NCBI GenBank assembly: GCA_026129335.1
Contig: JAHCIH010000003.1
Coordinates: 20,534 to 84,533, forward strand
Length of the DNA: 64,000 bases
Direction: 5' to 3'
From: Anaerolineales bacterium
Lineage (GTDB): Bacteria > Chloroflexota > Anaerolineae > Anaerolineales > UBA11579
A program made the translations under genes and the position numbers. Of the stretch, positions 1 through 10,741 are shown piece after piece (within the stretch, counting starts at the first letter, position 1; the number at the start of each line of letters is the position of its first letter). The notes below the pieces were generated by a model. It was not told the origin of the DNA, ran no database searches, and saw only the letters and a list, made by a program, of their open reading frames with translations.

Positions 1-410
1 AGCCGGGCCAGCTGGCGGTGGATCTCCCGGCTGCGCAGGACCTCCTCCTGGCTGTGCAGCCACAGAGCCAGGCTTTGGATGGCCTCACGCTGCACGCGGT
101 TCACATGGTCCGGGCTGCAGTGCCAGTCGAAGGCGATGCGGCGCGTATTCTCGTCGTCGCGGAAGCGGCGCAGCAGCACTTCGGCATGGCGGGGCTGGTG
201 GGAGAACTGGCCGATGGCCTCTTCCAGCTGCGCGTAGGCGCGCCGGCTTTGTTCCACGCCTGGCAGGGGCGGGGAACCGGCCGGCGGCCGGAAGTAGAGC
301 AGCTCCAGGAAGGCGGGCTGGGGAGCAAAGCGCGCCTTGTGCCAGGCGCGCAGCGCGCGGTGGAGCATTCTTTGCAGCGAGGACGGTGTCGGCAGGTGGA
401 TGTGTTTCAT
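1..410 (-). CDS. hypothetical protein, N-terminal part (gene continues past window start); sigma-70 region-4/LuxR-like HTH segment
   Basis: ATG at 410..408 on the minus strand, with the frame open to position 1. Hand translation: MKHIHLPTPSSLQRMLHRALRAWHK...RRFRDDENTRRIAFDWHCSPDHVNRVQREAIQSLALWLHSQEEVLRSREIHRQLAR. The listed + ORF 18..473 is its antisense shadow. Confidence 0.45.
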   Translation of the reverse strand, partial: MKHIHLPTPSSLQRMLHRALRAWHKARFAPQPAFLELLYFRPPAGSPPLPGVEQSRRAYAQLEEAIGQFSHQPRHAEVLLRRFRDDENTRRIAFDWHCSPDHVNRVQREAIQSLALWLHSQEEVLRSREIHRQLAR

Positions 411-507
411 GGCCCCAACTGGTTTATTCTAATAAACCATTTGACATTCAGAAAGGCTGCTTTGGTAAAATAGTTTTTAGGCTCTTACCAGGGGCCGGGA
501 GAGAAAA

Positions 508-669
508 ATGCCACGTGGTTCTGAATGGATAATCATCCTTTTGATCGTCGTCCTGGTGTTTGGCGTGGGGCGTTTGGGCAAACTGGGCGAAGATCTGGGT
601 GCGGGAATCCGCGCCTTTCGCAAAGGTCTCTCGGGCGAGGATGAACCGGAAGAGAACAAAGACGCCTGA
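508..669 (+). CDS. tatA: twin-arginine translocase subunit TatA/E (53 aa, below ORF-track cutoff)
   Basis: Hand translation: MPRGSEWIIILLIVVLVFGVGRLGKLGEDLGAGIRAFRKGLSGEDEPEENKDA. It shows an N-terminal TM helix, an FG hinge, an amphipathic helix and an acidic tail. A GGGAGAG Shine-Dalgarno sequence lies just upstream. Confidence 0.8.
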   Translation: MPRGSEWIIILLIVVLVFGVGRLGKLGEDLGAGIRAFRKGLSGEDEPEENKDA

Positions 670-682
670 TCTCAAAAGCCGG

Positions 683-711
683 TTGATTTACGACCTTGAT
701 TCGTGATAAAT
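683..711 (+). promoter_or_regulatory. sigma-70-like promoter: TTGATT, 17-nt spacer, TG-ATAAAT
   Basis: TTGATT at 683..688, a 17-nt spacer, and ATAAAT at 706..711 preceded by TG. It lies upstream of the ACGGAGGAAG SD and the ATG at 745. Confidence 0.5.
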
Positions 712-744
712 TACGCTGAATTCAACTATTTCTACGGAGGAAGA

Positions 745-1599
745 ATGAAGAAGCTGCATGTTTTGTTGTCCTTGTTTGTTCTCAGCGGCTTGGTGCTCGC
801 TGCTTGCGCCGGCGGCGGCGCCCCGGCTGCCGGCGGTAACGGCGCCAGCGCCGAAGGACTGCCCGACCTGGGCGGCCGCCAGGTGACCATCGCCATTGAG
901 AACGCCTACCTGCCCTTCAACTACATCGACGAGAACACCGGTGAAGTTGGCGGTTGGGACTACGATGTTTGGGACGAGATCTGCGCCCGCCTGAACTGCC
1001 AGCCCATCTACGTGGAAGCGTCCTGGGAAGGCTTGATCCAGGCGGTGTCCGACGGCCAGTATGACGCGGCCGCCGACGGCATCACGATTGCGCCCGACCG
1101 CGCCCAGATCGTGGACTTCTCCATCGGTTATGTGGCCATCGAGCAGCGCCTGCTGGTGCGCCTGGATGAGACCCGCATCAACAGCATTGACGACATCGTC
1201 AATGACCCCAGCCTCGTGTTGGGCACCCAGACCGGCACGACCAACTACGAGACCGCCCTGCAGCACCTGCCCGCCGACCGCATTCAGGCCTTTGAGCAGT
1301 TCCCCTTTGCCATCCAGGCTCTGATTGCCGGTGACGTGGACGCGGTGATCATCGACGAGACCGCCGGCCAGGGTTACCAGGGCGCCAACGCCGATGAGCT
1401 GAAGCTGATCGGCCCGTCGCTCTCCAGCGATGAGTTGGGCTTCATCTTCCCCAAGGGCAGCGACTTGGTTGACCCGGTCAACCAGGCCCTGCGCTCGATG
1501 ATGGCGGATGGCACGCTGAACGCGTTCAACGCGATCTACTTCAGCCCCGACTTCCACTGCGACTACACCGACACCGGTATCTCCTGCGGCGGCAACTAA
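745..1599 (+). CDS. amino-acid ABC transporter substrate-binding lipoprotein (SBP family 3)
   Basis: Internal start gives MKKLHVLLSLFVLSGLVLAAC, a lipobox signal. The body is typical of polar amino-acid binding proteins (DGQYDAAADGITI, GTQTGTT). A GGAGG SD is present. The ORF-track start at 703 lacks an SD. Confidence 0.85.
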   Translation: MKKLHVLLSLFVLSGLVLAACAGGGAPAAGGNGASAEGLPDLGGRQVTIAIENAYLPFNYIDENTGEVGGWDYDVWDEICARLNCQPIYVEASWEGLIQAVSDGQYDAAADGITIAPDRAQIVDFSIGYVAIEQRLLVRLDETRINSIDDIVNDPSLVLGTQTGTTNYETALQHLPADRIQAFEQFPFAIQALIAGDVDAVIIDETAGQGYQGANADELKLIGPSLSSDELGFIFPKGSDLVDPVNQALRSMMADGTLNAFNAIYFSPDFHCDYTDTGISCGGN

Positions 1600-1619
1600 C
1601 GCCACGACAAACGTCACAG

Positions 1620-1657
1620 TAAAAGCGGCGCAGAACTTAGTTCTGCGCCGCTTTTTT
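1620..1657 (+). terminator. rho-independent terminator/attenuator after the SBP gene
   Basis: Perfect 12-bp stem GCGGCGCAGAAC (1625..1636) / GTTCTGCGCCGC (1640..1651), a 3-nt loop, then T6 (1652..1657). Confidence 0.8.
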
Positions 1658-1733
1658 GTGTGGCCGGGCGCTGCCGGTAACTCATGTATAATCCCCGGTC
1701 AGTGGCCTGGCAGAAAACTCTACTGGCCATTGG

Positions 1734-2487
1734 ATGCCCCGCATGAAAATTCTCGACCGTTTGAACCGCATACCCTGGTGGTTGTTTGCCATCATCTTTG
1801 CGTTGCTCGCCGCGTTCTACTTCGTCTTAACCACACAGAGCTTCCGGGCATCCTTCGATTTCATTATCCGCGGCATCAGCATCACTGTGCAGACGACCGT
1901 ATATGCGTACGGCATCGCTCTGGTCATCGGCTTGGTGATGGGCCTGGGGCGTGTTTCCCGCAACCCGGTTTTCAGCAATATCGCCCGTTTCTATGTGGAA
2001 GTGGTGCGCGGCATCCCCATGCTGGTGCTCATCTTCTACATTTCCTTTGTGGCGGTAGTGGATGTGGCCGGCCTGCTCGGCATTGAGGGGCGCGACATCC
2101 CGATGAACTTGCGCGCCATCATTGCCTTGGCGGTGGCCTATGGCGCATTCATGGCCGAGATTTTTCGCGCCGGCATCCAGTCCATCGACCGCGGGCAGAT
2201 GGAAGCCGCTCGCTCGCTGGGGATGAGCTATTCGAACGCGATGCGTTACGTCATCCTGCCGCAGGCCATCCGCAATGTGCTGCCGGCGCTGGGCAACGAC
2301 TTCGTCGCCATGCTCAAGGATTCCTCGCTGGTCTCCGTGCTGGCGGTGCGCGACATTACCCAGGTGGCCCGGCTGCATGCCGGCTCCACCTTCCGTTTCC
2401 GTGAAGCCTATACCGTGCTGGCGGTGCTCTACCTGAGCATGACCCTGGTGCTCTCCGCGCTGGTGCAGTGGCTGGAAAGGCGTTTGC

Positions 2488-2504
<17 letters not shown>
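1734..2504 (+). CDS. amino-acid ABC transporter permease (His/Glu/Gln/Arg/opine family)
   Basis: 256-aa polytopic protein with an EAA-like loop ([22 protein letters not shown]). It sits between the SBP and ATPase genes. Confidence 0.85.
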
Positions 2505-3240
<736 letters not shown>

Positions 3241-3285
3241 AGCCTGATCTTTGGGCGGGGGATACGCCCAAAGATTAGAGCCGGA

Positions 3286-3313
3286 TTGACCCCCAATTGA
3301 AAAGTACTATAAT
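3286..3313 (+). promoter_or_regulatory. sigma-70-like promoter: TTGACC, 16-nt spacer, TATAAT
   Basis: TTGACC at 3286..3291, a 16-nt spacer, and TATAAT at 3308..3313. It lies about 110 nt upstream of the peptide SBP start. Confidence 0.55.
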
Positions 3314-3423
3314 GAATTCTTAAGTCGCTTTCGTAAGGAGGTGGTTGCCAGTTGAACGATATACAAATGGGGCACCCGTTTAGAAGTAGAGAAGAAGAGA
3401 AGCATTACCTAGGAGAGTGAGAT

Positions 3424-5115
3424 ATGAACAAGCAGAAGTTGTTTAATGGATTGGCGCTGCTTCTGGCGGCAAGCCTGCTGTTGGCGGCTTGTGCGCCCGC
3501 GGCTACGCCTTCCACAGAATCTCCCAGCGCGCCCTCGCAGCCTTCGGGCGGTGAGCCCTCCGCTGAGGGTTTCGTCGGCGATGTGCTGTCTGCCGAGAGC
3601 TGTGACTACGGCGGCAAGATCCTGTCCATTGAAGCAGTGGACGAACTGACGGTGGTCTTCACGCTTTGTAAGCCGGACCCGGCTTTCCTGGCCAAGATTG
3701 CCTTCACTCCCTTCGGCATTCAGCCCAAGGAATGGATTGCCTCCACCGGTGGCACCGGCCAGATTTTGGAGCGCCCGATCGGTACCGGCCCCTACATGGT
3801 GAGCGAATGGGTGCGCGGTGACCAGGTGGTCTTCAGCCGCTTTGACGACTACTGGGGCGAGCCCGGCTCCGCGCAGACCGCTGTGCTGCGTTGGGCTGCT
3901 GAAGGCGCCGCCCGCTTGCAGGAACTGCAGGCCGGCACGGCTCACTTCGTGACCAATATCAGCCCGGATGACTATGCCGCGGTTGAGGCCGACCCGAACC
4001 TGGTGTTGGTGCCGCAGGACAACCCGAACGTCTTCTACATCGGCTTCACCAACACTTTCGCCCCGTGGGACGATGTGCGCGTGCGCCAGGCGATTGCCAT
4101 GGGCATCGACCGCCAGCGCATTGTGGACAACTTCTACCCGCCTGGCTCTGAGGTCCCGCACTCCTTCACCCCCTGCGGTATCCCCAACGGTTGTGAAGGC
4201 GAAGACTGGTACGAGTTCGACCCCGAAGGCGCTCGCGCCCTGCTGGCCGAAGCTGGTTTCCCGAACGGTTTTGACACCGCCATCTACTATCGCGATGTGT
4301 TCCGCGCTTACCTGCCGGAGCCCCCGATCGTAGCCGTGGAGATCCAGACCCAGCTGCGTGAGAATCTGGGGATCAACGCCGAAGTGGTTCCGATGGAATC
4401 TGGCGAGTTCATCGAAGTCTCGACCACCGGCGGTTTGGACGGCATCCACCTGTTGGGTTGGGGCGCCGACTATCCGCACGTGACCAACTTCCTGGACTTC
4501 CACTTCGGTGCGGGCAACCCGCAGTTTGGTAACGCCCACGCTGAGATCTACGAAGCTTTGCAGCAGGGTTCCTCGATTGGTGACCCGGCCTTGGCTGCGC
4601 CGATCTACGCACAGGCCAACAATGCCATCAAGGCGTTGGTGCCGATGGTGCCGATTGCTCATGGCTCGGTGGCGCATGCCGCTCTGGCCAGTCTGGGCGG
4701 CGCGTACTACCCGCCGTTCGGCTCCAATGAGTTCTATCGCCTGCACCCCGGTTCGGACACCTTGGTGTACGTCCAGAACGCCGAGCCGATCAGCCTCTTC
4801 TGCGCTGACGAGACCGACGGCGAGTCGCTGCGCCCGTGCCAGCAGGTCGTTGAGACTCTGCTGGACTACGAGACCGACTCGGGCAACACCGTGCCTGAAC
4901 TGGCTACGGCCTGCACCCCGAATGAAGACTCCACCGTTTGGACCTGCACGCTGCGTGCTGGCGTGAAGTTCCACGATGGTTCCGATTTCGACGCCAACGA
5001 TGTGATCGCATCGTGGGCCGCCGGCCTGGATGCTGCGAATCCTTACCACGTGGGCAACACAGGTGGCTTTGATTACTTCGCCTACCTGTGGGATGGCCTG
5101 ATCAACGACAACTAA
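3424..5115 (+). CDS. peptide/nickel ABC transporter substrate-binding lipoprotein (SBP family 5, DppA/OppA-like)
   Basis: Signal plus lipobox (LLLAACAP). The 563-aa body is typical of family 5 SBPs. It is followed by DppBCDF-like genes. Confidence 0.85.
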   Translation: MNKQKLFNGLALLLAASLLLAACAPAATPSTESPSAPSQPSGGEPSAEGFVGDVLSAESCDYGGKILSIEAVDELTVVFTLCKPDPAFLAKIAFTPFGIQPKEWIASTGGTGQILERPIGTGPYMVSEWVRGDQVVFSRFDDYWGEPGSAQTAVLRWAAEGAARLQELQAGTAHFVTNISPDDYAAVEADPNLVLVPQDNPNVFYIGFTNTFAPWDDVRVRQAIAMGIDRQRIVDNFYPPGSEVPHSFTPCGIPNGCEGEDWYEFDPEGARALLAEAGFPNGFDTAIYYRDVFRAYLPEPPIVAVEIQTQLRENLGINAEVVPMESGEFIEVSTTGGLDGIHLLGWGADYPHVTNFLDFHFGAGNPQFGNAHAEIYEALQQGSSIGDPALAAPIYAQANNAIKALVPMVPIAHGSVAHAALASLGGAYYPPFGSNEFYRLHPGSDTLVYVQNAEPISLFCADETDGESLRPCQQVVETLLDYETDSGNTVPELATACTPNEDSTVWTCTLRAGVKFHDGSDFDANDVIASWAAGLDAANPYHVGNTGGFDYFAYLWDGLINDN

Positions 5116-5162
5116 GGACGAGCTCCATCTGCGCAAAGGCTCTGAAACTTAGAGCTGAGTAA

Positions 5163-5216
5163 GTGCGCGGGATGGGGAACCGCCCCCGGCGGTGCTACCC
5201 ATCCCGCGCACTTTTT
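5163..5216 (+). terminator. rho-independent terminator/attenuator after the SBP gene
   Basis: 14-bp stem GTGCGCGGGATGGG (5163..5176) / CCCATCCCGCGCAC (5198..5211), followed by T5. Confidence 0.7.
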
Positions 5217-5234
5217 GGAGGCGCACGGAATTAG

Positions 5235-6317
5235 ATGCTCCAATACATTGTCCGCCGTCTGCTGCTAACGATCCCGGTGCTGCTCGGCATCCTGGTGGTC
5301 ACCTTCCTGATTGCGCGAGCCATTCCCGGTGACCCCTGCCGCTCTGCGCTGGGCGAGCGCGCCACGGATGCAGCCTGCGAAGCCTTCAACAGACGGATGG
5401 GCCTGGACCAGCCAGTGCCGGTGCAGCTGGCCATCTACATGCGCCAGATCTTGCTGGAGGGAGACTTTGGCGATTCGATCCGCTACAGTCGCCCGGTTTC
5501 CCTGCTGTTGATCGAACGCCTCCCGGTTACGCTGGAACTCGGCGTATCCGCCTTGCTGATTGCCATCCTGGTCGGCATCCCGGCCGGCATCCTCTCCGCG
5601 GTGAGGCGCAACTCCAAAGTGGATGTGGCCGCGATGGTCGGCGCCAATATCGGTGTTTCCATGCCCGTCTATTGGCTGGGGCTGATGTTGGCCTATGTGT
5701 TCTCGATCTACTTGAAAGATACGCCTCTCTGGCTGCCCCCCAGCGGGCGCCTGACGGCAGGCGTGATCGCCACCCCTTTCTACCGGGTGTGGGATCTGTC
5801 GATTGCGCCCGGCACGGTGGGCGCGCAAGTCGCGGACTTTTTGAGCAACCTGGTCTTATTCAATTCTTTGATTACCGGGCAGTGGAACGTTTTTTCGGAC
5901 GGCATCAAACACCTGATCCTGCCCACCGTGGCGCTTAGCACCATCCCGCTGGCCATCATTGCACGCATCACCCGCTCGAGCATGCTGGATGTGCTCGGCG
6001 CTGAATACGTGCGCACCGCCCGGGCCAAGGGGCTAAGAGAGCGCGCCGTAGTGCTGAAGCATGCCTTGCGCAATGCGCTGCTCCCGATCATCACGGTGGT
6101 TGGTCTGCAAACCGGCACGCTCTTCGCCGGGGCGGTGCTGACCGAAACCATCTTCAGCTTCTCTGGGGTAGGGCGTGCCTTGTTCGACGCGATCACTGGG
6201 CGCGATTATCCCGTCATCCAGGCATTCACGGTGGTGATCGCCATCGGTTATGTGGCCATCAACCTGATCGTGGACATCTGCTACGCCTTTATCGACCCAC
6301 GCATCAAGATAGAGTAG
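5235..6317 (+). CDS. peptide ABC transporter permease (DppB/OppB-like)
   Basis: The N-terminus MLQYIVRRLLLTIPVLLGILVVTFL is typical of DppB/OppB. Polytopic, and in operon context. Confidence 0.85.
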   Translation: MLQYIVRRLLLTIPVLLGILVVTFLIARAIPGDPCRSALGERATDAACEAFNRRMGLDQPVPVQLAIYMRQILLEGDFGDSIRYSRPVSLLLIERLPVTLELGVSALLIAILVGIPAGILSAVRRNSKVDVAAMVGANIGVSMPVYWLGLMLAYVFSIYLKDTPLWLPPSGRLTAGVIATPFYRVWDLSIAPGTVGAQVADFLSNLVLFNSLITGQWNVFSDGIKHLILPTVALSTIPLAIIARITRSSMLDVLGAEYVRTARAKGLRERAVVLKHALRNALLPIITVVGLQTGTLFAGAVLTETIFSFSGVGRALFDAITGRDYPVIQAFTVVIAIGYVAINLIVDICYAFIDPRIKIE

Positions 6318-6330
6318 GAAGAAGAAGCTT

Positions 6331-7278
6331 ATGACCGTCCAAGATGCGGCTGTCCCACAGACTGAGGTTCAGGATTATCGCAACAACAGCTTGCTCTTCC
6401 TCACCTTCCGTCGCCTTTTCCGCCAGCGCAATGCACAGGTGGGCATGGTCATCTTGGGGTTTTTGGTTCTGGTGGCCATTTTCGCGCCCGCTTTGGCGCC
6501 GTATGACCCCGACCGCTCCCTGATCGGCATTGAGCCGGTGGAGAAGCGCGCCGGGCCTTGCATCCATGCGTTGGGCTGCCCCAGCGACCAGCCCCAGCAC
6601 ATCATGGGCGTGGACGGCAACGTGCGTGACCAATACAGCCGGATCATTTACGGTACGCGGATTTCATTGTTCATCGGCTTCTCCACCATCGGCCTGGCCG
6701 TGGTCGTGGGCACCTTGATTGGCGCCGTCTCTGGCTATGTGGGCGGTTGGGTGGACAATGTGATCATGCGTTTTATGGACGTGATTTTGGCGTTCCCCTC
6801 TTTTTTGCTGGCCATCGCCATCATCACCGTGTTGGGTCGCGGGTTGCAAAATGCCTTGTACGCCATTGCGGTGGTCAACATTCCGGTTTTTGCGCGCCTG
6901 GTGCGCTCCAGTGTGCTCTCGATCAAAGAGTTGGAATTCGTCGCCGCTTCGCGCTCCCTGGGGGCCAGCCCGCTGCGGATCCTCTTCGTGCGTATCCTGC
7001 CCAACGCGATCCCCACTTTGATTGTGCAGGCGACATTGAGCATCGGCGCCGCCATTCTGGAAGCCGCGGCGCTGTCCTTCCTGGGGCTCGGGGCGCAGCC
7101 GCCTCTGGCCGAGTGGGGCACCATGCTGGGCTCGGAACGGAACCAGGTCTTCACCTCCCCGCATCTGGTATTTTTCCCCGGCATCGCCATTATGATCACC
7201 GTGCTGGCCTTCAACCTGCTGGGCGACGGCTTCCGCGACGCGATGGATCCCCGCCTGGCTCAGTTGACCAAGCGCTAA
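6331..7278 (+). CDS. peptide ABC transporter permease (DppC/OppC-like)
   Basis: Polytopic, with an EAA loop (EFVAASRSLGASPLRILFVRILPNA). In operon context. Confidence 0.85.
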   Translation: MTVQDAAVPQTEVQDYRNNSLLFLTFRRLFRQRNAQVGMVILGFLVLVAIFAPALAPYDPDRSLIGIEPVEKRAGPCIHALGCPSDQPQHIMGVDGNVRDQYSRIIYGTRISLFIGFSTIGLAVVVGTLIGAVSGYVGGWVDNVIMRFMDVILAFPSFLLAIAIITVLGRGLQNALYAIAVVNIPVFARLVRSSVLSIKELEFVAASRSLGASPLRILFVRILPNAIPTLIVQATLSIGAAILEAAALSFLGLGAQPPLAEWGTMLGSERNQVFTSPHLVFFPGIAIMITVLAFNLLGDGFRDAMDPRLAQLTKR

Positions 7279-7288
7279 GGACAGCTCC

Positions 7289-8371
7289 ATGACAGCCAAG
7301 ACAAAAACGAAACGCTCCAAAGCGCAGACCAGCGGGTCGCACGGCAAGGGCAAGGCGCCTTTGCTGGAAGTACAAAACCTCAAAACGTACTTCTATACGG
7401 ACGATGGGGTTCTCACCGCGGTGGATGGGGTCGACTTCCAGGTCGCCGAGGGTGAGGTGTTCGGCCTGGTGGGCGAATCGGGTTGCGGCAAAAGCGTTAC
7501 CTCGCTTTCGATCATGCGCCTGGTGGACCCGCCCGGGGAAATCGTCGACGGGCGAATACTGCTGCAGGGTGAGGATCTGCTGGCCAAGAAGCTGGCTGAG
7601 ATGACCCGCGTGCGCGGCCGCCAGATTTCGATGATCTTCCAGCAGCCCAAAAGCAGCCTGAACCCGGTCTTCACGATTGCCGAGCAGATCATCGAGGTTT
7701 TCAAAATCCACGAGAACATCAGCGATGAGGAAGCCAAAGCCAGCGCGATTGAGCTGCTGCGCCGCGTGGGCATCCCCGACCCGGAGCGCAAGGCCAACGC
7801 GTACCCGCATGAGCTCTCCGGCGGGCAGGCCCAGCGCGTGATGATCGCCATGGCCCTGGCGCTGCGCCCCAAGCTGTTGATCGCAGACGAGCCCACCACG
7901 GCGCTGGACGCCACCATCCAAGCGCAAATATTGGACCTGATGCAGGATTTGCGCGACGCGACTGATACCGCAGTGATCCTGATCACCCACGATCTGGGCG
8001 TGATTGCCGAATTGGCCGACCGCGTAGCGGTGATGTACGCCGGAAAGATCGTAGAGGAAAGTGACACCATTACCCTATTCGACCGGCCGCTGCATCCCTA
8101 CACTCAAGGCTTGATGGGCTCCATCCCCGTATTGGGCGAAGCCAAAGAACGCCTGGAAGTCATCCCCGGCAACGTGCCCAGCCTGATCAACCTCAAGCCC
8201 GGCTGCCGCTTTGCCTCGCGCTGCGCGGCGCGGCAGGAATATGGACTGGAAATCTGCGAACGGGTGGAACCCGACTTGATAGAGATGGAAGCCGGCCACA
8301 AGGTGCGCTGTTGGCTGTATCAGGAATATGAAGGCCATACGCCGCCATTGCGCAAAGGGGGCGGGCGATGA
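7289..8371 (+). CDS. peptide ABC transporter ATP-binding protein (DppD/OppD-like)
   Basis: Walker A GESGCGKS, signature LSGGQAQR, and a C-terminal oligopeptide-type extension (HPYTQGL...CRFASRC). Confidence 0.9.
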   Translation: MTAKTKTKRSKAQTSGSHGKGKAPLLEVQNLKTYFYTDDGVLTAVDGVDFQVAEGEVFGLVGESGCGKSVTSLSIMRLVDPPGEIVDGRILLQGEDLLAKKLAEMTRVRGRQISMIFQQPKSSLNPVFTIAEQIIEVFKIHENISDEEAKASAIELLRRVGIPDPERKANAYPHELSGGQAQRVMIAMALALRPKLLIADEPTTALDATIQAQILDLMQDLRDATDTAVILITHDLGVIAELADRVAVMYAGKIVEESDTITLFDRPLHPYTQGLMGSIPVLGEAKERLEVIPGNVPSLINLKPGCRFASRCAARQEYGLEICERVEPDLIEMEAGHKVRCWLYQEYEGHTPPLRKGGGR

Positions 8372-9363
8372 AGAAAACCACAAAGCGCACGCCCCTGGTT
8401 GAGGTGCGTGAACTGAAGAAGTACTACCCGGTACATGGCGGCCTGCTGAAGCGCCAGGTGGCTGAAGTGAAGGCGGTGGACGATGTGAGCTTCGCCATTT
8501 TCCCCGGCGAGACCCTGGGCCTGGTGGGCGAATCCGGCTGCGGCAAGACCACAGTGAGCAAGGCGATCCTGCGCCTGGAAGAAGCCAGCGCCGGCGAAGT
8601 GATCTTTGAAGGCGAGGATGTGCTGGCTGCCGGCGGGGCGGACTTGAAGCGCCTGCGCCGGGACATGCAGATCGTTTTCCAGGATCCGTTTTCCTCGTTG
8701 GACCCGCGCCTGCCGGTGGGCGAATCCATCGCCGAGGCTTTGCTGGTCCACGGCATAGGCACCCCGCAGGAGCGCTTCGAGAGGGTTTTGGAGGTGCTCA
8801 GGAAGGTGGGCCTGGAGAGTTATCACGCGGCGCGCTACCCGCACCAGTTTTCGGGTGGGCAGCGCCAGCGCATCGGCATCGCCCGTGCGCTGATCCTCGA
8901 TCCCAAGTTCATCGTGCTCGACGAACCGGTCTCGGCCCTGGATGTGTCCATCCAGGCTCAAGTGCTCAACTTGCTCAGCGATTTGCAGGCGGAGCTCGGC
9001 CTGACTTATCTCTTTGTGGCGCACAACCTGGCGGTGGTGGAACACATTTCGCACCGCGTGGCGGTGATGTATTTGGGCCGCATTGCGGAGATCGCGCCGC
9101 GCGACAACTTGTTCAGCAAGCCGCTGCATCCCTACACCCAGGCGCTGATGTCCGCGGTACCCAAGAAGCACCCGGCGGACAAGAAGGAGCGCATCATCCT
9201 TAGCGGCGATGTGCCCAGCCCGCTGAACCCGCCGAGCGGCTGCCGTTTCCATCCCCGCTGCCCGATCGCGCGTATGGGGCACTGCGATGTTGAAGAGCCG
9301 CAGCTGCGCGAGCTGGAGCCGGAGCACTGGGTGGCCTGCCACTACGCCGAAGAGTTTATTTAA
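8368..9363 (+). CDS. peptide ABC transporter ATP-binding protein (DppF/OppF-like)
   Basis: Walker A GESGCGKT, signature FSGGQRQR, plus HPYTQAL...[12 protein letters not shown] start/stop overlap with the upstream ATPase. Confidence 0.9.
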   Translation: MKKTTKRTPLVEVRELKKYYPVHGGLLKRQVAEVKAVDDVSFAIFPGETLGLVGESGCGKTTVSKAILRLEEASAGEVIFEGEDVLAAGGADLKRLRRDMQIVFQDPFSSLDPRLPVGESIAEALLVHGIGTPQERFERVLEVLRKVGLESYHAARYPHQFSGGQRQRIGIARALILDPKFIVLDEPVSALDVSIQAQVLNLLSDLQAELGLTYLFVAHNLAVVEHISHRVAVMYLGRIAEIAPRDNLFSKPLHPYTQALMSAVPKKHPADKKERIILSGDVPSPLNPPSGCRFHPRCPIARMGHCDVEEPQLRELEPEHWVACHYAEEFI

Positions 9364-9471
9364 AACTGAGAGGGAAACGATAGCTACGGGGGTAAAAAGT
9401 CCGGACTATATCGCTATTCTGCTTGGAGTCAGCTCAAGCCTCCTACAATGTGTACCTGAAGGAGGCGTTCC

Positions 9472-10692
9472 ATGACGATCTTAAAAGATTACAACCAGTT
9501 CGGAGGCAGGCACTGGGAAACCGGCAGTGTGCACAATGTGCTCGCCTATCAAAACGTGCGCGGCCCACACAACGGAAAACCCTTGAGCGAGGCCATGCTG
9601 TTGGGCATCAGCAGCGGTATTGCCTTTGGGTACTTTCTCTTTCATTACCAGGGGGAAGACCCTCAATTGACCCTGCTCACTCGCAACACCTTTGACCCAC
9701 TGCAGACTTTGCTCGAGCGGCTGGGTGTGGTCCAAACCGCGCTGCAAACCAGCAACGAGACAAAGGCGCAAGCCAACCTGCTGTCGGTTCTGGAGAACGG
9801 CCAGCCGGCCATCGTTTGGGCGGATATGTTCAGCCTGCCTTACAACTTGGGATGGGAAGCGAATGAGATGATGTGGGCAATGCAGCCTTTGGTAGTGTTT
9901 GGCCATGATGGGCAGCAGGCGTATATTGCGGATCGCTCCAGTCAGGCCTGGGTTGTGGAAGCCGGCCAGTTCATGCAGGCACGCGCCCGGATCAAGAAGG
10001 ATAAATATCGCGTGCTCAGTCTGGACTTGCTCAGCCTCGAAAAGCTGCCAGCCGCCATTCACAACGGCATTTGGCAGTGCATCCGTCTTTTTACCGAGAA
10101 GCCGCCGCGCGGCACTCGCAATAATTTTGGCCTGGCCGCCCTGCAGCACTGGGCCAAGATGCTGACCAATGTGCGCAATCCGCAGGGCTGGACGCGTTTC
10201 TTTCCCGCCGGGTTGCCGCTTTTTGCGGCCTTGTTAGGCAACCGCTACAGCCCGGGTTTGCACGGCTGGGTGAACCAGTGGGGCAGCGGCCCGGGCGCAG
10301 AGCGCGGCTTATACGCCGATTTTCTGGCCGAGGCAGCCACTTTGCTGGGGAATCCACATCTGGAGGAAAGCGCCGAACTGTTTCGCAGAAGCGCCTCTGC
10401 ATGGCAGCAGTTGGTTGAAATTGCCCTGCCCGAAGAGGCTGGTTTGCTGAGAGCAGGCGGCGAGCTGCAGGCAGCATCCCATCACCTCTTCACAACGCAA
10501 GGCCCTCAAGCCATGCAAGAGCTTGAGGCCAATGCCAAGCAGTTTGAGGTTCTGCGCAAAGAGGCCCCGCAGGGCTTCCCACTCAGCCAGGCCGAGGCCA
10601 GCCGCTTGTATGCGCAGATGAGCGCTCAGGTTTTGGCGATCCACGATATTGAAGCGGAGGCTGTGGCCGCACTGCGTGGCGCAATGAGCTGA
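9472..10692 (+). CDS. BtrH-N-like / DUF4872-like protein (assignment from memory)
   Basis: The N-terminus FGGRHWETGSVHNVLAYQ...LSEAMLLGISSGIAFGYF resembles the BtrH_N papain-like fold motif (h-C-E-T). Here Trp occupies the position where I recall the catalytic Cys. A GAAGGAGG SD is present. Confidence 0.45.
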   Translation: MTILKDYNQFGGRHWETGSVHNVLAYQNVRGPHNGKPLSEAMLLGISSGIAFGYFLFHYQGEDPQLTLLTRNTFDPLQTLLERLGVVQTALQTSNETKAQANLLSVLENGQPAIVWADMFSLPYNLGWEANEMMWAMQPLVVFGHDGQQAYIADRSSQAWVVEAGQFMQARARIKKDKYRVLSLDLLSLEKLPAAIHNGIWQCIRLFTEKPPRGTRNNFGLAALQHWAKMLTNVRNPQGWTRFFPAGLPLFAALLGNRYSPGLHGWVNQWGSGPGAERGLYADFLAEAATLLGNPHLEESAELFRRSASAWQQLVEIALPEEAGLLRAGGELQAASHHLFTTQGPQAMQELEANAKQFEVLRKEAPQGFPLSQAEASRLYAQMSAQVLAIHDIEAEAVAALRGAMS

Positions 10693-10741
10693 CCAGCCGG
10701 TTCTTAGGTAGAATGTCTTTACCCTGTCTGCCAGAGAACCT

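Noticed and set aside
1633-1643. GAAC-TTA-GTTC, which resembles a LexA half-site pair.
   Set aside because: The spacer is 3 nt, not 4, and the sequence is the tip of the terminator stem after the SBP gene.
3409-5136. A long minus-strand ORF (575 aa). Similar shadow ORFs include 688..1617-, 10583..12241-, 13470..15545-, 26193..28352-, 38319..39836-, 40243..41865-, 42784..44814-, 47128..48078+, 53589..54818-, 54308..55450- and 61344..63158+.
   Set aside because: They are antisense or out-of-frame shadows of well-supported genes in high-GC DNA. Their translations are Arg/Ala/Gly/Pro/His-rich with no recognisable motifs, and each fully overlaps a gene with clear family signatures.
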